DNA of 64,000 nt from Candidatus Cloacimonadales bacterium (GTDB lineage Bacteria; Cloacimonadota; Cloacimonadia; Cloacimonadales; DAONDQ01): assembly GCA_963662275.1 (NCBI GenBank), contig OY759316.1, positions 1,344,001 through 1,408,000 of the forward strand, in the 5' to 3' direction. Of the stretch, positions 1 to 8,206 are shown one piece after another (the stretch's first letter is position 1; each line of letters starts with the position of its first letter). The notes beneath the pieces are model-generated. The model was given only the letters and a program-made list of their open reading frames with translations, had not been told where the DNA came from and did not search any database. Position numbers and translations under genes: made by a program.

Positions 1-1114
1 TGCCTGTGTTAATCGTCGGATACACGGTATTACCAATATCGCAATAGGTAATTGTCTGGGGATATTCATTGCTGGAACCAAACGCGCCATTAGTTGCCAG
101 TTGTATGGGCAGGTCATTATGCATCGCATCCTGGTTATGATAAATAATGCAATTGCTTAAAACTGCCTGTCCGCCCAGATTGCCGGAAGCTCTCTCAAAA
201 TAAACGCCGACAGCATTGGTAGATGATATGTGATTATGAGCAACTGTGCAATAATCCATGATAAATCTCACCTTGTCGGGACCTAAAAAGTTGAATGCAT
301 CCGCTGCATAGATGGCACAGGAATGGGAGAAGTTATCGTATACCTGGCAACTGCCGAATAGTACATTGAAGGCATTTGACTGATTTGCTGCAGCATGATT
401 TACTTCAAATGCCCCGGCATATCCTGCAGGAGCAGAATTTGTATAAATCCCGCACGCCTGGATTGTATGCGTACCTTCTTCAATATACAAGCCCCCTCCG
501 GAACTGTCATACCCTCCGTCATCTGCAACTGAATTGCTGTATATTTTACAATTTGTAATGCTGCTGCTTCCCCGCATGAGGGCAATGCCTCCGCCATGAA
601 GAGCAGTATTATTCCTGATATCGCAATGATCAATATTTACATTTATGGCATTTTTACAGAATACTCCGCCGCCTCTGCGCTCATTATGCCCATTTGCCGA
701 AATTAATGTACCACCGCCATTTTTCAGTGTGAAACCTTTCAGATAAATGCTTACACCCGGAGTGACACAATTAATGATCTCACAGGCGGAATCAGTGAAT
801 TGAGTTCCCGTGTTTCCGTGGATCATGGTGGAGCCGATAAAATTGGTAATATACGCTTCACAGTAACGGCTCTCAATCGTCAGGTTAGATGTCCTTCCTG
901 AAATGATAATCGGTCCATAGTCACCGGGATAAACAATGATCCTGACAGCCTCGTTAGGATTCATACACGAAATTGCCGTATAAATTTGCTGGAATGGAGA
1001 GGCAAGCGTACCTATCCCGCCGGTTGAAGATGTGATGTTGACATAAAGTGTTTGAAGTGAGAATAAGATAGAAGTGAGCGTGAGCAGCGTTCCCAAGAAA
1101 ATGACTCGTTTCAT
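1..1114 (-). CDS. 5' part of a secreted parallel beta-helix protein, a near-identical paralog of 31451-33943; runs off the window edge
   Basis: ATG (cat at 1112-1114) with a GGAGG RBS; aligns colinearly with 32830-33943 (offset 32829), differences mostly synonymous; starts MKRVIFLGTLL. Confidence 0.9.
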   Translation of the reverse strand, partial: MKRVIFLGTLLTLTSILFSLQTLYVNITSSTGGIGTLASPFQQIYTAISCMNPNEAVRIIVYPGDYGPIIISGRTSNLTIESRYCEAYITNFIGSTMIHGNTGTQFTDSACEIINCVTPGVSIYLKGFTLKNGGGTLISANGHNERRGGGVFCKNAINVNIDHCDIRNNTALHGGGIALMRGSSSITNCKIYSNSVADDGGYDSSGGGLYIEEGTHTIQACGIYTNSAPAGYAGAFEVNHAAANQSNAFNVLFGSCQVYDNFSHSCAIYAADAFNFLGPDKVRFIMDYCTVAHNHISSTNAVGVYFERASGNLGGQAVLSNCIIYHNQDAMHNDLPIQLATNGAFGSSNEYPQTITYCDIGNTVYPTINTG

Positions 1115-1266
1115 TTTTTTCCTCCGTGGATTTTCCTAAAACGTGTATGCCTTAATAGTAATCATTATAATTATATGTCAAGAAAAAGATGAAAATAAAT
1201 TAATAATTAAATACAAATTGAATAAGATGTTTATTATCACAAGATGGATCATTTGCACCCTATAGC

Positions 1267-1515
1267 GGAACGCTGTTTTCAAAAGACTATACTTAACTTG
1301 GAACGCTGTTTTCAAACGGCTGTGCTTCTTGGAACGCTGTTTTCAAACGGCTATGCTTCTTGGAACACTGTTTTCAAACGGCTGTGCTTCTTGGAACGCT
1401 GTTTTCAAACGGCTATGCTTCTTGGAACACTGTTTTCAAACGGCAATGCTTCTTGGAACGCTGTTTTCAAACGGCTATGCTTCTTGGAACGCTGTTTTCA
1501 AACGGCAATGCTTCC
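1267..1515. repeat. 31-bp tandem array GGAACGCTGTTTTCAAACGGCTATGCTTCTT (7 full units plus 1 degenerate)
   Basis: Units start at 1300, 1331, 1362, 1393, 1424, 1455 and 1486, degenerate unit at 1267; internal imperfect palindrome GCTGTTT-TC-AAACGGC; no unique spacers. Confidence 0.95.
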
Positions 1516-1550
1516 AGATAAACTACTATCATTCCACTTAATTGATACCA

Positions 1551-1610
1551 AGTTCATACCTGTTTCATACCTGTTTCATACCTGTTTCAATCCTGTTTCA
1601 TTCCTGTTTC
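1551..1610. repeat. 11-bp tandem repeat CCTGTTTCATA-like (about 5 units)
   Basis: Visible directly; a shorter version lies at about 34160-34212. Confidence 0.8.
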
Positions 1611-1964
1611 GAGAAATTGGTATGAGATAGGATTAATATTTGTTTGAACTTGCTATATATCAAGTATACACTTTGAGGAAAGATGTCGGTGTATGGTGGA
1701 GATTAGGATGATTATATGGTTATATTATGGATGATCATATTATGGAATTGTCGAGGAACGAGTCCGAATGACGTTACTCTATCAGCCCAGGAAGTCCCTA
1801 CTGGGAAAAGTAGGGGTCCGCGTCAGCAGACACATTCTGGTTCGGAGTCCGGTAGGACGGAACAAGACGGTAGCGCTTACTTTAGGAGGTTTTTTCTTTG
1901 TGGTCACTGCTTCAGCATGCGGGTAATGTTCTTTAGGTCATTGTCTGCCGTCCTGTGAGCTACC

Positions 1965-2163
1965 GGAACGCCTGACCCCGTCAGGTGGCATAACGCACCC
2001 CGTGCGTTTCAATATTCCAACAGAAGCAGGATCGGCATCCTGCTCTACAACCGCGTGAATGCGGAGCTACGTAACAGCAGGATCGGCATCCTGCTCTACA
2101 AAGAAGGCAACCTGAAGGATGCCACTACCAAAGAAAGACAGTAAGAACGGCATCTTACTTTAC
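1965..2163 (-). repeat. REP/BIME-like cluster of short palindromes
   Basis: On the minus strand: GTAG-AGCAGGAT-GCCG-ATCCTGCT, GTAG-CT-CCGC-ATTCAC-GCGG and GTAG-T-GGCATCC-TTCA-GGTTGCC; on plus, a double hairpin CCTGAC-CCC-GTCAGG / AACGCAC-CCC-GTGCGTT. Confidence 0.85.
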
Positions 2164-3260
2164 TGAATAATCTCCATCGCCTTATCATACCATACTATCA
2201 CTTCGCAGATCTGAGCTAAAAGAGATTGCATTGTATAGATGCTTATGTTTGCAATATTAGCATTTGAAATATTTACGCCTTTACTGAGACTATGAACACC
2301 ACATTCACTTGTAATATCATATATTGAAGCAAGTGCATTGCGAATGATAGAATTATAACTGATATTCTTTTTTAGATTATAAGCAGGAAGTCCAGATCCT
2401 TCAACGACTTTACCTTGATAATATCTTCCATTGATAAATTGCATAATCTTCAGCAATTGTGTTTTCTCTGAATTCCAATAATCAGCATTATATTCCCCCA
2501 TTCCAAAAGCAAGGGAATGTAAAATGTTTTCACATAGATTACGCAATAGGAATAAAAATTCGCTTCTTTTATCAGATGAATGATATCTTATCATATCAAT
2601 GAATTTATCAACCATCTCTTCACCTAATTCAAATCTAAGTATTGAACATTGTAAAAGATATTGATTTTCTATATTCATTGATTCAGAATCATTAATAGCT
2701 TTTATGATTTTACCTTCAGCTTCTGAACCTTTTATAATTACCCGTTCTATGCTGAATTGCTTAGTATCTATAAAGTGATCCAGTTTATGAATTCCTTCCG
2801 GAATATATGGATGAGCTGTGAGAAAGAATATTTTACATAAATTATCATGGTTTTTAATAAATAATAAAAATGCAAGAATGTCACCTTCTCTTTCCATATG
2901 TCCATCGACTATACTCTGAGCATCTCCAATTCCACTTTCTTTGAGAATTTCTAGGATATTTGGAATTTCAGCATGATATTTCCTACTATAGAGATTTCGA
3001 TCAATAATGAAAAGCTCATATTTATGACTTTCGTTTGTGATTTTTTTTATTGCTTCAGGGAATGAATAGCAAATTTCTAACTTACTAATTTCCTTACAGG
3101 CATCTATTATGTTATCTGCATTATTAAGGGCATTATTTTCTTCGATTTCGGTTAAGCGCTTCAATACCTTTTCGTTGCCTTTCATTAGTGTTTTAAAAAA
3201 TGTCTTAATTGTTGCTATATTTTTCGTAATTTCATCTTCTATATAAAGAATTTTACTCAT
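2160..3260 (-). CDS. Response-regulator receiver protein with insertions and a C-terminal helical domain, possibly HEPN/Abi-like
   Basis: Likely start MSKILYIEDE at 3260 (GGAGG RBS), overlapping the upstream kinase stop; receiver motifs YIEDE, FIIDRNL (phospho-Asp), FLTAH, IIKG; C-terminal LRNLCENIL...ECGVHS...IVWY. Confidence 0.75.
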   Translation of the reverse strand: MSKILYIEDEITKNIATIKTFFKTLMKGNEKVLKRLTEIEENNALNNADNIIDACKEISKLEICYSFPEAIKKITNESHKYELFIIDRNLYSRKYHAEIPNILEILKESGIGDAQSIVDGHMEREGDILAFLLFIKNHDNLCKIFFLTAHPYIPEGIHKLDHFIDTKQFSIERVIIKGSEAEGKIIKAINDSESMNIENQYLLQCSILRFELGEEMVDKFIDMIRYHSSDKRSEFLFLLRNLCENILHSLAFGMGEYNADYWNSEKTQLLKIMQFINGRYYQGKVVEGSGLPAYNLKKNISYNSIIRNALASIYDITSECGVHSLSKGVNISNANIANISIYTMQSLLAQICEVIVWYDKAMEIIQ

Positions 3261-5844
3261 TTGACCTCCAATAATCTTGAAATGTAATCGTAAAAGAATA
3301 CAAATTATTATTTTCACTAATGATTGGTTTGCAGTCGAGAACCTTCGTAAAATTCTCAATGACGACTTGCCCAATTCCAGTAGTTTTTGCTTTAATTTCC
3401 GGATTGTAAGAATTTAGAATATTTAGAGTTAATAAACCATCATGTTCAATCAATTCAATATGCAGTTTTCTTTGTTTGAAAAGGACATATGAACAGTACT
3501 TAACAGCATTAAATATGATTTCTTGGAACAAGATTAACAATTTAATAGCAGAACTTTTTACATTCCCTATTTTGTAGCTATCAATTCCCACAAGTGTAAT
3601 TCGTAAATCAAAGAAAAATCGACGAATAAAAGTCGTTATTTTCTCTATATCATCTGTTTGCGACACAGCATGCCACTCATGAGCTATGCTTTGAGTTAGA
3701 TTTTCTTCTGGAAAATAATTCTCATTAAATTCTGAGAAGTACATTTTATCAAACATATTTCCAATCGAATAGATAAGACTATTGATAATCATGGATTTTA
3801 AGGATATAGCACTTTTCCCAGGATTATTAATGTCAAAGATCAAATCGTCAATTGCAATCGAAAAAGATGAATTAATTGAATTTACAATCTCATATATCAG
3901 ATTAGTTCCTCGCAAGGCATTTTCAATAATGTTAACCTTCCCAGGTACTTCTTCTTTCAAATTGCTCAAGGGACGGCTTACTGAGACTAATAAATTTTTA
4001 ATACTATGTGATAGATTTGACATAATACGGTTGCGTTCCTTTTCTTTAGCAGTGTGGATTTGCTGATTTAACTCATTAGTTAGTTGTTTTTGAATTTGAA
4101 ATACTAGCTTAAGAAAAAATACAAGCTCAACTTCAGATAATTTATGACTTAATCCAATACACCATTCCAACAATTCGCTTTTTATCGAGATTTCTTTATA
4201 GATCTTACCATATTCGGAGGTTTTCACGATCTTTGTTTTATCAGTATCCCATTTTTTCTGTATTTTTAAAAATTCCGGATAGATATTATCTTTGAAATTG
4301 TCATCACTAAGCAACTTTTGTGAATCGGTGGGTTGTTTAGTTTCGAAATCTGCATTGATAAAAAGCTTAGATAACAACATTATATATGGTTCTATCGTCA
4401 TTTTATCGTAAGGAATTTCGCACGAAAAAAAAGAATTTATGTCATACTTTCCCTCAGGAGGTAACGCACTTAAAATGTAGTCATCAAGAGTACGAATGTC
4501 AAGATGTGGTGATTTTTTGTTAGTTGATCTTTTTTTAAGAGAAAACATGACAGAATTGTACAACTTCTCAGACGAGAATGATTGTAAAATTCCTGTTGCT
4601 TCGGTCATTTTTCCTATATTAATACAAGCTCCCATATACAACCAATCGATATATGCGTTTGTAGTTTTGATGAACTCTTGGTAAAAGGAAATAATTGCTT
4701 CAAAGAATTTCTCACTATATAGTTCAATAAATAGTTGATCTATATCTTGATACTCTTCATCTATGATTTTTGTTAATTCTACCCTTGCTTGGGCAAAGTT
4801 TCCAGTTCTTAAAAAAAATAGCACTTTCTCCCAAACAGGTGTATGTCCATTTCGTTCATAAGATATATTCAAGGCTTCATAAGCTTCATCATTGCGTTTG
4901 AGCGACAAAAGAATATAATATTTATCTAAATAGACATCGCCGATATCTTCATATTCCTGGAATTTAGCAAGCAATGTATTCATTGCACTTAAAGCATCAT
5001 CAAATTCATTAAATCGTTCACATAATTTGTATTTATGCTCAAGCATTTTATAACTGTCAGGATTCAGCGATATTGCTATGTCACATGCATTGATGGCTTC
5101 TTGTATTCGATTCAAAACCTCCAGGATAGAGCTTTTTGTAAAATATAAGTCACCATTTTCCGATTGAATAGTGATGGCTTTTTCAATAGAAACCAAAGCA
5201 TTATCATATTTTCTGAGTCTTCGTAGGATTAGACACTGCTGTTTATATAATTCAATGTCGTTTGGGATTAAAGCAATCGCATCGTTGATAATATCAAGGG
5301 CTTCCTGCTCTTTATTTTCATATAAGAGGATATTAGAGTGTAAAATATAATAATTTGGTTTTGATTGATCTAATAAAATTGCCTGCTTAATTTCTGCTAA
5401 AGAATTTAGTAAGAATTGGTTTTTGTCGAGCATATAATCGGATTTTGTTTCACTTACCTGACCGGTCATTTCTTTAAAATCCAGTTCAAACTCGATTTTG
5501 CCGGAACTATCTTTTGCTAGTTCTAAACAAATCTCTGCTTTACAGGAGTGATAGATTGCAAGAGATTCGCAGTCCAATGCAATGTTGATATTTTCAAGAG
5601 CTTGATGCAGAAGATCATTCTTTGCCAATGATCTCATCTTCATTCCATACTTTTCATACTCTTTATAATTATGTTTGCCTAATAAAAACACAGCCTTGGC
5701 ATAATAACAACCAGATAGCGGGCAGAGTTTAATCGCTTCATCAATAGTATCCAAAGCTAAATCTATATCCCCTTTTCTATATATTTCAAAGGCTTTGAGA
5801 CTCAGATCAAAACTCTGTTTATGGGTATCTATTGTTTTTTTCAT
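3253..5844 (-). CDS. Cytoplasmic TPR-repeat histidine kinase-like protein
   Basis: Many TPR-like repeats in the N-terminal ~420 aa; H-box LSHSIKN, N-box QEIIFNAVKY, degenerate G1 (ILNSY), G2 TTGIG; no signal peptide or TM helix evident. Confidence 0.8.
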   Translation of the reverse strand: MKKTIDTHKQSFDLSLKAFEIYRKGDIDLALDTIDEAIKLCPLSGCYYAKAVFLLGKHNYKEYEKYGMKMRSLAKNDLLHQALENINIALDCESLAIYHSCKAEICLELAKDSSGKIEFELDFKEMTGQVSETKSDYMLDKNQFLLNSLAEIKQAILLDQSKPNYYILHSNILLYENKEQEALDIINDAIALIPNDIELYKQQCLILRRLRKYDNALVSIEKAITIQSENGDLYFTKSSILEVLNRIQEAINACDIAISLNPDSYKMLEHKYKLCERFNEFDDALSAMNTLLAKFQEYEDIGDVYLDKYYILLSLKRNDEAYEALNISYERNGHTPVWEKVLFFLRTGNFAQARVELTKIIDEEYQDIDQLFIELYSEKFFEAIISFYQEFIKTTNAYIDWLYMGACINIGKMTEATGILQSFSSEKLYNSVMFSLKKRSTNKKSPHLDIRTLDDYILSALPPEGKYDINSFFSCEIPYDKMTIEPYIMLLSKLFINADFETKQPTDSQKLLSDDNFKDNIYPEFLKIQKKWDTDKTKIVKTSEYGKIYKEISIKSELLEWCIGLSHKLSEVELVFFLKLVFQIQKQLTNELNQQIHTAKEKERNRIMSNLSHSIKNLLVSVSRPLSNLKEEVPGKVNIIENALRGTNLIYEIVNSINSSFSIAIDDLIFDINNPGKSAISLKSMIINSLIYSIGNMFDKMYFSEFNENYFPEENLTQSIAHEWHAVSQTDDIEKITTFIRRFFFDLRITLVGIDSYKIGNVKSSAIKLLILFQEIIFNAVKYCSYVLFKQRKLHIELIEHDGLLTLNILNSYNPEIKAKTTGIGQVVIENFTKVLDCKPIISENNNLYSFTITFQDYWRSNE

Positions 5845-6002
5845 AACAACCTCTTTATATTACTTTGTTAATTGCCATACAGACTGATAACAAGTAATTT
5901 ATGTTCCAGTGAAGTCATTAAAGCCTAAAACTTACATTATCAATGGAATAGCAAAGTAAACAGGTAATCCTAATTTATTATTACGTAAATATCTTTACCA
6001 TC

Positions 6003-7472
6003 CTACGTAACATCTTTTACTTTCTTCAGCCTTGCTCGGAATGTATGCGGTTCCAATCCAAGTAATTTGGCAGCTTGGGTGGCATTTCCATTAGCTTTCT
6101 TTAAGGCTGACTGGTAGATGGAGGGAAGTATGATATTTTCTAGGTCTATTCCTTCAATGGGTATTTCAATGTTGAATTTATCGGAATGAGTCTCTTGAAT
6201 CAGGATATCTTTCGCTTCGACGGTATCGTTCAGGCTGTTGATGTAGGAAAGACGCACAACGCTCTTCAATTCACGGATATTACCAGTCCAGCGGTGTTTG
6301 AGTATTTTCTTTTCAGCAGCGGAGGAGAAATGCTTCTGTTCATGATTCTGCTGGCTGTATTCGGAAAGGAAATGATTTGCCAGCAGGATGATATCAGTGG
6401 CTCTATCACGTAGCGGGGGAATATACAATTCAGCCTGCACAATACGGTAGTACAGATCTTCCCTGAATGTCTTTTCTTTTATCATTTCAGATAGATTCCT
6501 GTTGCTTGCTGAGATGAGACGCACATCGATCTTCTTCGATTTACCGCCGACAGGCTGGATGGTTTGCGTTTCCAGGACTCTCAGCAGTTTGGTCTGCATG
6601 GATAAAGGCAGATCACCAATTTCATCGAGGAAGAGTGTGCCTCCGTCTGCTACAGAGAAATGACCTTCATGATCTGCAATGGCACTGGTGAAAGAGCCTT
6701 TCTTATGTCCGAAGAATTCGCTTTCAAAGAGACTTTCACTGATTGATCCGCAGTTTACAGCCACAAACGGCTTTTCCTTGCGTGCTGAATTGTAATGCAG
6801 GCACCTGGCAGCAAGCTCTTTACCTGTTCCGCTTTCACCGCCAATGAAGACTGGAATATCATACCTGGCATAGCGTGATATCCTTTCCTTCAATTCAATG
6901 ATGGAAGGATGTTCGCCAATGATCTCGTCATATTCGAGAAGCAGTTTATTCTTGAGAATGACATTTTCACGAGATAGCCTGGTCATCTCAGTCTTGATAG
7001 ATTTATCGTCAGCTATTTTGGGGAAGTCATCCAAACTGAAGGCTATTTCCTTAATTCCGATCTCCCTGGAGCTTTGAATCAGCTTTGCCTTAATTACACC
7101 GCCCTGCACAATAAAAAGCCAACAGGCATGCATCGTTGGCGTTCCAGAGGTAACAGAAATCGTGTATTCGACTTCGTTCGTCCCTTCATTCTTCAATATG
7201 GATTTCACTGCCAGGACCATAGCCGGATAGACGGTATTATAATCTGTGGGATCGATGGAAAGAGCGGGTTCGTAATGTACTTTCAGAGCAGGATGGTTCT
7301 TTTTGCAGTACACCAGGATTTCGGAGGCATAAGGAAGGTATTTGTCGCTGTTATAGAGAATATACAGATCATCGTAAGACATACTCTCCAATATGCTGAG
7401 AATTGCGCCTTTCTTGTTATCGCTTAAGAAGCAGTCATTATTTCCGATGAAACTAAGGAGTATCTTTTTCAT
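6003..7472 (-). CDS. Sigma54-dependent enhancer-binding protein with N-terminal RtcR-type CARF domain and C-terminal Fis HTH
   Basis: N-term LSFIGNND...DPTDY...SVTSGTPTMH (CARF-like); Walker A GESGTGKE, ESEFFGHKKGSFTSA, Walker B FLDEIG, FREDLYYR, WTGNIREL; HTH GNATQAAKLLGL. Confidence 0.88.
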   Translation of the reverse strand: MKKILLSFIGNNDCFLSDNKKGAILSILESMSYDDLYILYNSDKYLPYASEILVYCKKNHPALKVHYEPALSIDPTDYNTVYPAMVLAVKSILKNEGTNEVEYTISVTSGTPTMHACWLFIVQGGVIKAKLIQSSREIGIKEIAFSLDDFPKIADDKSIKTEMTRLSRENVILKNKLLLEYDEIIGEHPSIIELKERISRYARYDIPVFIGGESGTGKELAARCLHYNSARKEKPFVAVNCGSISESLFESEFFGHKKGSFTSAIADHEGHFSVADGGTLFLDEIGDLPLSMQTKLLRVLETQTIQPVGGKSKKIDVRLISASNRNLSEMIKEKTFREDLYYRIVQAELYIPPLRDRATDIILLANHFLSEYSQQNHEQKHFSSAAEKKILKHRWTGNIRELKSVVRLSYINSLNDTVEAKDILIQETHSDKFNIEIPIEGIDLENIILPSIYQSALKKANGNATQAAKLLGLEPHTFRARLKKVKDVT

Positions 7473-7733
7473 TATCCTCCCAAAAACTAATTTCGAAGTG
7501 CGAAGTAAAAGAACAAACTCATCCGTCAGATGACCTCCCTACCCTCCTTCCCAAGGAGGGAAGTGCCACCACTTCGACTACGCTCATTGCAGCGCTTCCC
7601 TTTAACCAAAGGGAAGGACTAAATAGGTGTATGATGATAGCAGGGCGGGAAGGGCATTTGTTTGTCAAGAAGTTTGAGGAAGACACCAATACAACCCCCC
7701 TTTAATCCCCCCTCGGGGAGGGGGGTATTTAAC

Positions 7734-8175
7734 GGAACGCCTGACCCCGTCAGGTGGCAAAAAGCACCCCGTGCGTTTCTATCTCCAAGCTGAAGCAGGC
7801 TCAACAAAGAAGCAACCTGAAGGATGCCACTACCAAAGAAAGACAGTAGGATCGGCATCCTACTCAACAAAGAAGCAACCTGAAGGATGCCACTACCAAA
7901 GAAAGACAGTAGGATCGGCATCCTACTCAACAAAGAAGCAACCTGAAGGATGCCACTACCAAAGAAAGACAGTAGGATCGGCATCCTGCACACAACCGTC
8001 TAAAGGCGGAGCTACGAAGACCAACCGCGTGAATGCGGAGCTACGAATCAGCAAGAACGGCGTCTTGCTTTACAACCGCGTGAATGCGGAGCTACGAATC
8101 AGCAAGAACGGCGTCTTGCTTTACAACCGCGTGAATGCGGAGCTACTCTTCAGCAGGAACGGTGTCCTGCTCTAC
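7734..8175 (-). repeat. REP/BIME-like cluster with 3x63-bp and 3x51-bp tandem units
   Basis: 63-bp units at 7800, 7863, 7926; 51-bp units at 8022, 8073, 8124; built from the same hairpins as 1965-2163. Confidence 0.9.
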
Positions 8176-8206
8176 TCAAATTATCTCCAGAAGTAAGTGC
8201 TACAGA

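Larger units (their letters stand above)
1..2150. repeat. Copy 1 of a segmental duplication (copy 2 at about 32830-34700), including gene 5' end, upstream region and REP cluster
   Basis: Direct base-by-base similarity seen along both coding and non-coding sequence. Confidence 0.92.

Noticed and set aside
1..1114. DGR template/variable repeat pair with 32830-33943
   Set aside because: Differences involve all bases, are mostly synonymous and spread over >1 kb; no reverse transcriptase is present
1267..1515. Possible CRISPR array (31-bp palindromic repeat)
   Set aside because: Units are head-to-tail with no unique spacers, and there are no cas genes in the window
1244..1958. ORFs of 128, 70 and 80 aa
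   Set aside because: Translations of tandem repeats or non-coding elements; frames are not preserved in the duplicate copy
6003..7472. Calling the activator rtcR of an RNA-repair operon
   Set aside because: No rtcA/rtcB or tRNA-like genes adjacent; only the domain architecture is shared
7800..8175. Possible CRISPR array (63- and 51-bp periodicity)
   Set aside because: Whole units are identical, including the would-be spacers; they are built from dispersed REP-like hairpins
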